Shown: positions 42,969 to 53,157 of the stretch, one piece after another
Numbering within the stretch: the stretch's first letter is position 1
Layout: every line of letters starts with the position of its first letter
Assembly: GCA_965219415.1 (NCBI GenBank)
Contig: CBDCNP010000002.1
Location: 3,200,001 to 3,264,000, forward strand
Source of the DNA: Candidatus Marinacidobacterales bacterium
GTDB lineage: Bacteria; Acidobacteriota; Vicinamibacteria; Marinacidobacterales; DATDRI01
DNA length: 64,000 nucleotides
Direction: 5' to 3'
Translations under genes and position numbers: made by a program
Notes under the pieces: model-generated
Database searches by the model: none
Told to the model about the DNA's origin: nothing
What the model saw: only the letters and a program-made list of their open reading frames with translations

Positions 42969-43637
42969 TCAGCGCGATTTCCTTTTCTTCCTCCTTCTTG
43001 TGGGCGGCCTTTCCAAAACGTGCGGATTGTTCAAGGGCTCGTGCGGAATGATGGAGTTCTCATCGACGTCGAAAATGATTCGCGCGCCATCGGGGAGTGG
43101 GTATGACGATCCGGCTTGCCCGCTCGGAACGACGCGTGCCTCTTCGAGCTCTACCGTGATGTGATACCCAAGAACCCAATACTTCAAATCCTCTTGTGAC
43201 TGCGCAAAAAACTCTTCTGCCAGGTCCTGGAGCACCGGGCCCGGCTTCCCTGAGATACCGCTCAGTTGGAGAAAGGCCTGCAGTCTGTCCTCCCGATTCT
43301 CGGCCTTTCTTGCTTCCAGAAAGAGTTTGAGAGCCCGGTCGGTTACCGGGGGGCCGCTCCCGCCGATCTCACCGCCTTGGAAGCTGATGGTCTTGGCCGC
43401 ACCGTCGTAGTTGATGGGGATGATGTCGGAGAGCGGGCGGATCGGTAGCTCGTATCGCTCCTCGGGTGAACCCTCGAAGGCGAGGTGGGTGGCCGCGGCA
43501 AGAAGTCGTCCGAGTGCGACCTCCGTTTCGCCGTCCAGCTCAACGATAACCGGCTTGGGTCGCCATAGATGCACGTCGATCTTGGCGTCCTCGTTCTCGA
43601 GGAAAAGCCCCCCATAGAAATCGAGCGTAATGGCCAT
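42969..43637 (-). CDS. Hypothetical protein
   Basis: 222 aa ORF with GGAGG RBS; no recognised motif. Confidence 0.55.
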   Translation of the reverse strand: MAITLDFYGGLFLENEDAKIDVHLWRPKPVIVELDGETEVALGRLLAAATHLAFEGSPEERYELPIRPLSDIIPINYDGAAKTISFQGGEIGGSGPPVTDRALKLFLEARKAENREDRLQAFLQLSGISGKPGPVLQDLAEEFFAQSQEDLKYWVLGYHITVELEEARVVPSGQAGSSYPLPDGARIIFDVDENSIIPHEPLNNPHVLERPPTRRRKKRKSR

Positions 43638-43947
43638 TGAATTCGCCTCCCTCCATATGGAGGCATATCGCCACGAACTGGCCGGTTGGGGAACCTGTGG
43701 TGGTTGTAGAAGCAAAGGTCGTACCGGTCGTTGAGACTTCGCGGAAAGGGTCTAAGTAGAATAAGGGCAAGTGGTTGTGAACGGAGGATGGCGCGAGAGA
43801 GGAGAGGGGTCCGCGGTCAGGGTGTGGGTAAAGCCCACCGCAGCCACTTCCGTGGCCGGGATATCTTCAGATTGACATGTGAGAGGTGACGGTGGTCTTA
43901 TCTGCCAGCCTCGCCTGAGGGGACGGGGCCCAAAACAGGAGGTGAGA

Positions 43948-44364
43948 ATGAAACGGTTTATCGTGATTGGATTAGTGGCACTCGTCGCCGGGGTTGCCCT
44001 GGTGGCTGCCAGCGGCGACGCGAAGGACGAGCTCATCGCGCTCGACAAGAAGTGGGGCGTGGCGGGGACGACGGCGGATAAGGCAACACTCGAGGCCATC
44101 TATGCAGATGACGTGCTTGCCGTAGACGGAAGCGGCGTCACCGGCAAGGCTGAGGCGGTCGCTGCTCCAGGGGCCGACGATGCGGACGCCAAGTACGAGC
44201 CCACCGACTTTAAGGTGAACATGATTAGCGAAGACGTGGCGGTGATGACCCATGCGGTCGAGGGTGCTACCAGCCTTCACGTCTGGGCCAAACGGGACGG
44301 AAATTGGGTCGTGGTTGGAACTGCTGCCGTACCCACGTCGGATAGCCCCAGCACCGATCGTTAG
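43948..44364 (+). CDS. Secreted NTF2-like/DUF4440 protein
   Basis: Signal peptide; L.ALD..W, IYADD, DVAV, HVWAKRDGNW.VV. Confidence 0.75.
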   Translation: MKRFIVIGLVALVAGVALVAASGDAKDELIALDKKWGVAGTTADKATLEAIYADDVLAVDGSGVTGKAEAVAAPGADDADAKYEPTDFKVNMISEDVAVMTHAVEGATSLHVWAKRDGNWVVVGTAAVPTSDSPSTDR

Positions 44365-44428
44365 TATTTGCTCCGAGGCAGGGACGACAAGCGGTCCCTG
44401 CCTCGATGTGTTTTTTGGGGCAGACGTT

Positions 44429-44815
44429 TCAGAATTCGAGCTCGATGATCGCTCGCTGCTCGTACCGGCCGGAGAACCGCGACAAGAAAAGCGCTAAGCG
44501 CATTTGCCACCCGTATTTGTCGACCATGGCGCGGATGCCACGATCCCGCTCCTCGCCATCCGCGAGGACGCGGGCTTTTGCTTCCACCCATTCGCCCTTC
44601 ACCTTGCCCCGCCCATCGGAAGGGGCCACGCGAGCGAGGCCATTGTTGCGGATGCGCTTCACTTTTCTCGACGTGATGTTGGTGTAGACCACGGCCTTTT
44701 CATCTCTCGCCGCAATCCAGACCGGGGTCTTCACTTCCTGGCCGTTCTTGCGGAAGGTGGCCAGGTTTACGTAACGCTCGCGTTCCGCGTCAATCACATT
44801 CGGTTCCTCTCTCAC
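44429..44815 (-). CDS. PPOX-class (putative F420-dependent) oxidoreductase
   Basis: YVNLATFRKNG..V.TPVW, KVKRIRNN..ARVAPSD.RG, KYGW. Confidence 0.85.
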   Translation of the reverse strand: MREEPNVIDAERERYVNLATFRKNGQEVKTPVWIAARDEKAVVYTNITSRKVKRIRNNGLARVAPSDGRGKVKGEWVEAKARVLADGEERDRGIRAMVDKYGWQMRLALFLSRFSGRYEQRAIIELEF

Positions 44816-44827
44816 TTTGCTCCGGCG

Positions 44828-45322
44828 TCACCCGCCCTCCAGACCCTGCTCGAACTCGTGAGGAGTCTCGCCGGCTCGTCAGCGTTTCACGAAGCGCTTT
44901 TCGCCTTCGGTTGCGAAAAATGCCGCGGCCTCGAGCTCGATCGAGAAGAGTCCGAAATCCATCCCTTCCGGATTCCAGCCGATCTTCTCGTAGAGGGCCT
45001 CGCAATAACGTTTGCGGATCTTGGGATCCTGGATGTCGACGGCACGTCCGTGGGCCTTGAACTCACCATCGGTGGACATGCGGTCGGTGACGGTGGTGTG
45101 GATCGAGCAACGGGGGTCGCGGCGTAGATCGAGGACTTTGAATGACCGCGGCATCATGCCGAGCTGGAGGTCGCCGTCCACGAAGACGAACTCGACGGGG
45201 CTAACGCGCGGCGAGCCGTCCTTGCGGAGGCTGCCTAGGATAAGGACCCCCGTCTTGTCTAGAAGGGTCTCGGCGGATTTAGCGATCTCGGGGGCGGCTT
45301 TCATGAATTCTCCCCATTTCAT
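44828..45322 (-). pseudogene. Pyridoxamine 5'-phosphate oxidase family protein; probable premature TGA at 44879-44881
   Basis: LGSLRKDGSPRVSPVE, K..DLRRDPRCSIH; the frame continues KR*RAGETPHEF. Confidence 0.65.
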
Positions 45323-45335
45323 TCTTCTCTCTCCG

Positions 45336-46157
45336 TTAGGAGTTCTTGATTCCGCTGGCGATGACGAACTCGCCCGGTAGGTCGTAGGTCTTGCCGGTAC
45401 GGAAGGATTCGATAGAGGTCAGGTACTCGGAATGTACATCGTTGCGCGTCGGCTCGTCGAAGCGGGAGTAGGCGAGCGCCATGGGGCCACCTTCGAACGC
45501 GGCTCCGTATACTTCTTCTGGAGAGTCGTAGTGAAGAATGGTGTTGATCCGATCGACGGCGACGTCGGTGAAGCCTGCTTTCTCGAACCTTCTTCGGAGT
45601 GTGTCTTTGGTGCCCAATAGAAAAAAGAGAGGACAAACTTCTGAGGTAACGCGGGCATCGACGATGTGAAACGACTCGGCCCATCCGCACCGGTCTCTTT
45701 GGCCCCAGACCGCGGCGACCGCGCGGCCGCCTGGCCTTAGAACGCGATGCATCTCCTGGATGGCCTTCAGCGTATTCGGAACGTACATCAGTCCGAGGGC
45801 ATTTAGGGCGGTATCGAAGCCGCCGTCTTCGTAGGCGAGCTCCTCGGCGTCCATGCGCTCGAACGCCGTGTTTCCGATACCACGTGCCTCTGCCTCTTCC
45901 CTCGCGGTTTCGACCATCGTCTCCGAGATATCGGTGCCGATGATCTCGCCGTCCGGCCCGATAATCTCGGCGGCGCGGAGTGTGACCATCCCGGTCCCAC
46001 AGGAGTTATCCAGGATTCGCTCTCCGGGCTGGAGCTCGGCCATCTCGAGGAGCCTGTTTTGCGCGGGCTCGAGCTGCTTCTGCCAAAAATCTTCATAGTA
46101 GTTGGCCGCTTTGTCCCAACCGTAGCGCTGGACGCGACGTTGTAGTTTGGGATCCAT
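45336..46157 (-). CDS. Class I SAM-dependent methyltransferase (UbiE-like)
   Basis: ILD..CGTG, DISE.M, MDAEEL, EMHRVLRPGGR. Confidence 0.88.
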   Translation of the reverse strand: MDPKLQRRVQRYGWDKAANYYEDFWQKQLEPAQNRLLEMAELQPGERILDNSCGTGMVTLRAAEIIGPDGEIIGTDISETMVETAREEAEARGIGNTAFERMDAEELAYEDGGFDTALNALGLMYVPNTLKAIQEMHRVLRPGGRAVAAVWGQRDRCGWAESFHIVDARVTSEVCPLFFLLGTKDTLRRRFEKAGFTDVAVDRINTILHYDSPEEVYGAAFEGGPMALAYSRFDEPTRNDVHSEYLTSIESFRTGKTYDLPGEFVIASGIKNS

Positions 46158-46163
46158 TCGGCG

Positions 46164-46676
46164 CTAACCGGTGATCTCGACCTTGCGCTTAAGCTCGAGG
46201 CCCCGGGCCCAGTTGTCGTAATACGGGCTATGTCGGTCGGCGGCATCGAGTACCTTCATAATGTCGGCCTCGGGAGCGGTGCTCTCGAGTCTCACGACAT
46301 AGCGAACCTTGTGGTAGCCCGCGGTTAACTCGTCGTGGCTGCCGAACCGGCCCCGCTCATCGACGTCGGTGTGCACCTCGACTTCGATATTCGACATCGG
46401 GACCTCGTACTTGGACGCCCACAGGACGTAGCCGATCGCCAGACATGCGCCGAAGGCGGCCCGACCCAGGACGCCCGGAGTAGGGCCGGCGTCCTCGCCG
46501 CCACCGGCCTTGGTCATGTCCGCGGTGAGCTTCCATGTGCCTTCCTCGGTCTCACATTTCAGGCCGTCGACGACTCGAGTCTTGGAGACCACGGTCTTCT
46601 GGCCGAGTGACGGTCGTAGGTTGACAGCTTTTGCTTGTCGTTCGAAAGTCGTCTTGATCGTTTTTCGGTCGGCCAA
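46164..46676 (-). CDS. OsmC family protein
   Basis: [24 protein letters not shown]; TTG start with GGAGG. Confidence 0.8.
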   Translation of the reverse strand: MADRKTIKTTFERQAKAVNLRPSLGQKTVVSKTRVVDGLKCETEEGTWKLTADMTKAGGGEDAGPTPGVLGRAAFGACLAIGYVLWASKYEVPMSNIEVEVHTDVDERGRFGSHDELTAGYHKVRYVVRLESTAPEADIMKVLDAADRHSPYYDNWARGLELKRKVEITG

Positions 46677-46768
46677 ATGTCACCTCCGAGCGTCGACGTT
46701 ACACAAGATACCTCGATGGCCGACGGGGCGCCAGTCGTGTTGACAGTTTGCCGCTTGTCGGTCTCTTT

Positions 46769-46864
46769 GCCAGAATGGGCCAGAATGGGCCAGGACGGGC
46801 CAGAAAGGGATGGACTCCGTCCGTTCTTGCAACAAGGCCAACAAGGCCAACAAGGCCAACAAGG
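46769..46864. repeat. Short tandem repeats upstream of the thiolase: 10-bp unit x4 and 9-bp unit x3.9
   Basis: gccag(a/g)a(t/c/a)gg x4 at 46769-46808; caacaaggc x3 plus caacaagg at 46830-46864. Confidence 0.9.
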
Positions 46865-46873
46865 AGAGACACG

Positions 46874-48109
46874 ATGAAAGCCGCCTATATTCTTGATGCC
46901 GTTCGAACTCCACGCGGGAGAGGGAAACCAGGGAAGGGCGCACTTTCGGGGATTCATCCGCAGGAGCTTCTGGCGCAGGCGTTTCAACAGATCGCCGTGC
47001 GAACCGGGATCGAGCCGAGCGATGTAGAAGACGTCGTGGTCGGTTGCGTGTCGCAGGCCGGCGAGCAAGGTGCCAACGTGGCTCGAAACGCGGTGCTCAC
47101 CTCGGGTTGGCCCATCGAGATACCGGCGGTTTCTCTCAATCGCTTTTGCGCATCGGGTCTCCAGGCGGTGAATTTCGCCGCGATGGGTGTCGCGTCCGGC
47201 GCTCAGGATGTCGTCGTGGCGGGCGGTGTGGAGAGCATGTCGCGAGCTCCCATGGGATCGGATGGTGGCGGAGCGGATGGGAACAACCTTCACCTTCGAG
47301 AAAAGCACTTCCAGGTTCCGCAAGGCATCAGCACGGATTTGATCGCATCGCGTGAGGGTTTCAGTCGAGAGGACGTGGATCGGTTCGCTCTCGAATCTCA
47401 GAAGAGGGCGGCGGCGGCGCAGAAGGACGGTCGCTTTAGCAAGAGCCTCTTTCCGGTGAAGGACCCGGTGAGTGGCAAGGTGGTTTTAGAGATCGATGAG
47501 CACCCACGACCCGAGGCCACACTCGAAGGTTTGGCGAGCCTGGACCCGGCCTTCGCCAAGCTGGGGGGCAAACCAGTCGGTCCGAACGGGGAGACCATGG
47601 ACCAGCTCGCCCTCGGCGTTTATCCCGAAGTCAAGAAGATGAACCATGTGCACACGGCAGGCAACTCGAGCGGGATCGTCGATGGCGCGGGTGTCGTCAT
47701 GCTGGCGTCAGAGGATTACGTCAAAGCACACGGACTGAAGCCGCGCGCGAGGGTTCGCGCCATCGCCGCGCAGGGCAGCGAGCCGGTCATCATGTTGACG
47801 GCGCCCGCACCGACGTCCAAGAAAGCGCTCGCCAAAGTGGGGATGAAGTCTTCGGATGTGGATCTGTGGGAAATCAACGAAGCCTTCGCTACCGTGCCGC
47901 TTCAGACTATGAAAGAGCTCGGCATCGATCACGAGCGTGTCAACGTGAACGGGGGCGCCATCGCCTTGGGGCATCCGCTAGGTGGTACCGGCGCGATCTT
48001 ACTTGGCACCGCGCTCGACGAGATCGAGCGGGCCGACCTCTCGACCGCTTTGGTGACGCTGTGTATCGGTGGTGGTCAGGGGGTCGCGACGATTATCGAG
48101 CGGGTGTGA
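46874..48109 (+). CDS. Acetyl-CoA C-acyltransferase (thiolase)
   Basis: [40 protein letters not shown]. Confidence 0.93.
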   Translation: MKAAYILDAVRTPRGRGKPGKGALSGIHPQELLAQAFQQIAVRTGIEPSDVEDVVVGCVSQAGEQGANVARNAVLTSGWPIEIPAVSLNRFCASGLQAVNFAAMGVASGAQDVVVAGGVESMSRAPMGSDGGGADGNNLHLREKHFQVPQGISTDLIASREGFSREDVDRFALESQKRAAAAQKDGRFSKSLFPVKDPVSGKVVLEIDEHPRPEATLEGLASLDPAFAKLGGKPVGPNGETMDQLALGVYPEVKKMNHVHTAGNSSGIVDGAGVVMLASEDYVKAHGLKPRARVRAIAAQGSEPVIMLTAPAPTSKKALAKVGMKSSDVDLWEINEAFATVPLQTMKELGIDHERVNVNGGAIALGHPLGGTGAILLGTALDEIERADLSTALVTLCIGGGQGVATIIERV

Positions 48110-48147
48110 AGCAATGGAATCAAAGGGGGGGCGGAGCCGGCCCGGCG

Positions 48148-50476
48148 TTACTGGACGAGTCTCTGATATCGGCTCCAGGCGTCGTCCTCGAGCGTCGTGC
48201 TAAGAGAGAACTTGTAACTCTTTGGTCTGCCCAGCACCGGGATGTCCTTGTCATGAGTCTCAACGTGGAGACGCCTTGGATCTTCTCTTTCGAGTAGGCG
48301 AATCTTGGTCGAGGTGCCATCGCCACTCGTGTTTGTCTGAATCGTAGCGAATCCCCCAGTCTTCCAGACTGAGCGTGCCGGCGCATTCTCCGATCCGGTG
48401 ATCGTGGGTTGCGGCGAAAGACATGGGCAGGTTTGCCCTCTCCCACCGCTCTTCGTCTAGGTCTAGGAGTAATTCCGATACGCCCGCATAGCCGGGATTT
48501 TTTTGGAGCAACGCTTCCAACTTCGCCTTGCTCACTTCGAGATCTCCCCTCGAAAGTGCCGCCCTGGCCTCATCGAAGAGAGTTCCTTCGCGCGGCTTCT
48601 TTTTGCCGACTGGCTTTCGCTCCACTTTGCCGACTGGCTTCCGCTCCACGCTTGGCTGTGGCGATCCGCTTGCCAGCGACTTCGTTTGTACGAGCGTGTT
48701 GCTTTCCGCGAAGAAAAAGAAAAGGGACAAAGAGGCTCCCAGCAAGCCCACCATTGCCACCGCGCCGATGAGATATCGGACCTGTGTTCTAAGTGTTTGA
48801 AAAGGCGACCACGCAACGTCACGGCGACCCGCCAACGGTCAGGGAGCTAAGGGCCTTTGTAACTTCTTCAGCCTCGGGAAATCTCTTTTTCGGATCCTTG
48901 GCCAGCAGGCGAAGCACGATGAGGGCAAGCTCGGGAGAAACCGCCGGGTTGAGCCGGTCGGGAGACTCCGGCTCTTCGGAAAGAATCGCTTGAGCGACTG
49001 CGGCGAAGGAATCTCCTGCGAACGGCAATCTGCCGGTGAGCATCCGGTAGAGAACGACGCCGAGGGCGAAAAGGTCGGTTCGCTGGTCGATCGGTCCTTT
49101 CGAGAGCTGCTCCGGGGCCATGTAGTCGAGGCTCCCGACAATCTCCTCGGGCTCCGTGAATCCGGAATCAATTACATGTGCGATGCCAAAATCCATGATC
49201 TTCGGGTGCCCATCGCGAGTCACCAATATATTGGCGGTCTTGATGTTCCGATGGACTACTTTCTGCGAGTGCGCGTAGGCCAAAGCGTCGAGAAGCTCGC
49301 CCGCGACTCGTAGGGCTTCTGTTACTTCCAAGCTTTCCGTTTCAAGAAGCTTCTGCAGTGTTTGCCCGGGGACGTATTCCATCACGATGAACGGCGTCTC
49401 TTGGCTTGTGTGTCCCACATCAAAAACCGTGACGATGCCGGGGTGCATGAGTTTTCCGGCGGCCTTGGCCTCGCGGTAGAAGCGTTCTCTGTATTTTTCT
49501 AGCTTAGCGGGGGTTAGCTGTACGGCGGTTCGAATCAACTTGATGGCGACGGTTCTGTCGATTGTCGGGTCTTGCCCCAAGTAAACGGCTCCCATGCCGC
49601 CGCGATCCAGCGTTTCTTGGATTTCGTATCTACCGAGCTTTGCCGGGAAAGACCCCGCTGAAGAACTTTCATGGCTGGGAGGCAATAGGTCTGCCAGAGG
49701 TTCCGTTCCTTGGGTGAGGGTGTGGGTGCTAGACGCTGAGTCGGAGGGGAGGGGTGTTTGTCCTGTCTGATCCGCCTCGAGCACCCCCACCGAAACGAGG
49801 CCGTAGAGACAGCGAAGCGTTTCTTCGTAGCTGAGCGGTGAGGCGGCAGCAATGTCGGCGGCGGTGGAGACTCCGTCCACTCGTGTGCGCGCGATATCGA
49901 GAACCATGCTTTCCTGAGCGGTGAGGCAGCTTTCTTCGTAAGGTAGGGAAGCGGTTGCTGGCCAGTGTAGGCTTGCCTTCTCATCGCGCCAGAGCCTCCG
50001 CACCATCGCGGGATCTTGAATGCGCCGGGTTCCCTCTAAGATGAGCTCGGCCAGGGACAGGTTGATCGCCATGTCCTCATCGACCGAATAATCGTGTTCC
50101 TCGAAACGGTATTCCCCGGAATCCCACGCCAGGAGTGAATAAACGATGGCTTTCATACGCTTCATCGCCACCCGGTGATCTCTTCGGGAAGCGCGAGGCC
50201 CATTTCCACGAGAATCTTGCCAAGGCTTTGCCCGGTTTGCTTCACGACCTGCAAGGCTTTCTCGAGATCGGAGCGCTTGATGTTGTCGACGCGGATCAGG
50301 GATTCGCCCAGCCGTTCCTCCTCGATGTCGGAGCCGGCAAAGCTGATGGCGCCCTCTCGGAAGTAGATTCGTTTGGACACGCCGTCTCTCGAGAGATGGA
50401 GGATTCCGCTCTTGGAGTCGGCGTAGAGACGCCGGAAAACCGTGGGGAGACTGTCCTCGTTCAGGCTTCCGTGCAC
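48148..50476 (-). pseudogene. DUF4388-type N-terminal domain plus Ser/Thr kinase plus TM/C-terminal domain; multiple frameshifts, catalytic D>N
   Basis: GSL...LP.V..KSG.L....K.IYF.EG; LDRGGMG, HRNIK, DFGIA, YMAPEQ; shifts near 50170, 48830, 48305. Confidence 0.82.
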
Positions 50477-50490
50477 AGACGACCTCGGAG

Positions 50491-50750
50491 ATCCTAATCA
50501 TCGGTGAGTTCTTCGGCTCCATCGCATTGATCATCGGTTTCCTGAGCCGCGTCGCCGCCTTGGGCGTCGGTGTCATCATGCTCGGCGCGGTCGTTATGGT
50601 CCATGCCGCGAACGGGTTCTTCATGAATTGGTACGGCAATCAGGAGGGTGAGGGATTCGAGTTCCACATACTCGCGCTCGGGATCGCCATCGCGGTGACG
50701 CTAAAGGGGGGCGGAGCCTTCTCGGTCGATAGAAAACTTTCTAAACTGAC
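50491..50750 (+). pseudogene. DoxX family membrane protein, C-terminal fragment
   Basis: EFFGSIALIIGFLSR.AA, H..NGFFMNW.G...GEGFEFH, GGGAFSVD; no start or N-terminal half. Confidence 0.8.
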
Positions 50751-50760
50751 GACCAGGTTT

Positions 50761-52122
50761 CTAGTAGACGACCAGCTCCAAAATTTCGAGGAGCCGTCTC
50801 ACGCCTTGCTTCACCGACTCGACGGGAACGCGCTCGTCGTTTCCGTGGACCGTATTATCCAGCTCGGCCGGGACGATGGTGGGGTCGAACCCGTAGCTCA
50901 CGATACCGAGGTCGCGGAAGAAGTGGCTATCGGTGAACCCGGTGGAGACCATAGGCACGACGTCGGCCTCGGGGTGGTGCCTCTCGACCACGGTTCGGAT
51001 GGCACGATAGAGCTCGGTGTCGGTGGTGGAGACGGCGGGTGTGAAACCCATGATCTTCTCGATCCGGATCTTGGGGTCGTTGATGATGGATTCGAGAAGC
51101 GCGATGAATTCGTCATGGTTTTGATCGGGCAGTAATCGACAATCGATCTCGGCAGTTGCTTCCGGCGGAACCACGTTGATCTTGTTGCTTCCCTCGAGCC
51201 GGGTGATGGTGCACGTGTTTCGTGTGAGTGCGTGGAGAAAGGGATTATCGAGCTGGAGCTGGAGTAGAAAGTCGGGTTCTTCGATGGCTTGTCCCAGGTT
51301 GGCAAACTGCTGGCGCCGCTCGCCCTCTTTTTTTTCCGCCAGGCCTTCGAAGTAGATCTGAACGGATGGCACGATGCGAGGTTGGAACTCGTAGTCGTCG
51401 ATTCGGGCGAGCGCTCCGAGGAGGCGGCTCACCGATGAGGTGACGTGAGGCGTCGAGCCGTGGCTGGGTGCTCCCGATGCGACGAGGCGCAGCCATAGCG
51501 GGACTTTTTGCGTGACCTCGACACCGAAGACGAGGCTATCGCCATCACGGCTTCCGCCCCCGCCCTCGTTGAGAAGGAGCCCGACGCCTTCGAAGAGCTC
51601 CGGTCGATTCTCGACGAGCCATCCGGCTCCGTAGAACCCTCCGGCCTCTTCGTCCGCGGTGGCCACGAAGAGCACGTCGCGACGCAATGGTTTTCCGGCG
51701 CGATGGAGGGCGAGAAAGGTTTGGAACTGCAACATGCCGGTGCCCTTCATATCGAGAGCGCCCCGGCCGTAGAGCTCGCCGTTTCGGATCTCACCGGAAA
51801 GCGGATCGGTGCTCCAGTAGTCTTGGTCCGCCGGGACGACGTCGGTGTGGTTCAGCAAAACGAGCGTCGGCTCGTCGCCGCCCTTCAATTTTGCCCAGAT
51901 GTTGCCCCGACCGGGAGCGGACTCGGCGGTCTCGTAGGCGATCTCTTCGGCTTCGAGAAGCTTGGCGAAGAACTCCACCGCTCGCGACTCGTTGCCGGGT
52001 GGGTTGATGGTGTCGACGCGCAGGTAGTTCTGGAGCCGTTTTATCGTCTCGTCCTCGAGCGATTGTGAGAACGCTAATGAAGAGGGAAGTAGAAGAGCTA
52101 GAACACAGACGAGTCTTTTCAC
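50761..52122 (-). CDS. Secreted M20/M25/M40 family metallo-hydrolase
   Basis: TINPPGNE, NHTDVVP, GRGALDMKG, ADEEAGG, NEGG, FTDS, HGNDE; TATAAT -10 at 52147-52152. Confidence 0.9.
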   Translation of the reverse strand: MKRLVCVLALLLPSSLAFSQSLEDETIKRLQNYLRVDTINPPGNESRAVEFFAKLLEAEEIAYETAESAPGRGNIWAKLKGGDEPTLVLLNHTDVVPADQDYWSTDPLSGEIRNGELYGRGALDMKGTGMLQFQTFLALHRAGKPLRRDVLFVATADEEAGGFYGAGWLVENRPELFEGVGLLLNEGGGGSRDGDSLVFGVEVTQKVPLWLRLVASGAPSHGSTPHVTSSVSRLLGALARIDDYEFQPRIVPSVQIYFEGLAEKKEGERRQQFANLGQAIEEPDFLLQLQLDNPFLHALTRNTCTITRLEGSNKINVVPPEATAEIDCRLLPDQNHDEFIALLESIINDPKIRIEKIMGFTPAVSTTDTELYRAIRTVVERHHPEADVVPMVSTGFTDSHFFRDLGIVSYGFDPTIVPAELDNTVHGNDERVPVESVKQGVRRLLEILELVVY

Positions 52123-52168
52123 TTCAAGTGCCCTCCAGCGGCCGGTATTATAGTCTATTCGAGAAGGG

Positions 52169-52209
52169 AACTCTGTCCGGGCCGAGGCGCTTAAGACTTT
52201 ACTTGAGGT
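52169..52209. repeat. Non-coding 41-bp element, copy C
   Basis: Ungapped 31/41 match to 57186-57226; core related to 8753-8772 and 11199-11218. Confidence 0.7.
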
Positions 52210-52215
52210 ACCGAA

Positions 52216-53134
52216 TCATTGGGGGTAGTTGATGCGGCGTAGTAGCTCGCCGAATCTTGGGTCCGAGCGCAAGCCGTCAAAGGCTGGATCCACTCCGAGG
52301 AAAGATGCCATACTTGTTCTCTCATCTAGCGCCTTATTGATCCATTCGAACCCTTGATCCGGTTTGCCCAGCTGGGTATAGAGCCGTGCCATATTGTAAG
52401 CTCCACCCCCCATTCCAAATTGAGGCGGTTTCTGAATCAGCTCGCCCAATAAACTTTCTGCTTCGGCTTTCTTGCCCGCCACCGCGAGCCCCCACGCGAG
52501 CTCCGTTTTGTATGTCGCCGTGCCGTCGGAAAGGTCTAGCGCTTCCCGAAACTCGGCGAGGGCGTCTTGGTACTGACCGTCAAGGGCGTAAGCTCGTCCC
52601 AGCATGGCATGCCCGAGAGCGCCGCCCGGATCGAGATCGACAACTTGCCGGGATTGCTGGATCGCACGCTGGTAATCCCGTGCCATCATGTAGATCATTG
52701 CTACGTTGGCCTTCAACGGAAGTACCAACGGATCTAGCTCCTCGGCCCGTCTGATCATCGCGATGGCCATCACCACGTTCGACCTTGATTCAGAGTGCGT
52801 TACATGCTCGACGCCATCGATGGAACCGATGAAGCGATAACCCCCGGCGGGCTACTGTCTCTATGTAGCGGGGCCTCTCGGCGGAATCACCGAGCGCGAC
52901 GCGGAGCTTGCCGATCGCGGTGTTAAGGCCCCTTTCGAAATCCACGAACGTGTCCGCCGGCCAGAGTCTCTCGGCGAGCTCTTGACGACCCACCATTTCG
53001 CCGGGTTGCTCTAACAGGATTTCCAGAATCTGAAAGGGTTTTTCTTGGAGCTTGATCTTGTGGCCTCGCTTGAGAAGCTCGCCGGCGCGCAGATCCACCT
53101 CGAAATCGCCGAATCGGACGGGTCGATTTGCCAC
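52216..53134 (-). pseudogene. wHTH (OmpR/PhoB-type)-TPR regulator copy 1; frameshifted and internally deleted
   Basis: wHTH nearly identical to copies 2 and 3; C5 instead of C4 near 52843; TM and TolB-like segment missing; ends DP.FD.LRSDPRF. Confidence 0.82.
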
Positions 53135-53157
53135 TTACCTCAACTCGTAAAAGGACG

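Noticed and set aside
44879-44881. Selenocysteine TGA in the PNPOx-like gene
   Set aside because: Not a Cys/redox context and no evident SECIS; Trp-to-stop or a true stop is more likely
46769-46864. CRISPR array
   Set aside because: Units are 9-10 bp with no spacers, and there are no cas genes
48819-50639. 606-aa kinase ORF starting at 50639
   Set aside because: Its N-terminus is antisense DoxX and off-frame sequence; the real gene starts at 50476 and is frameshifted
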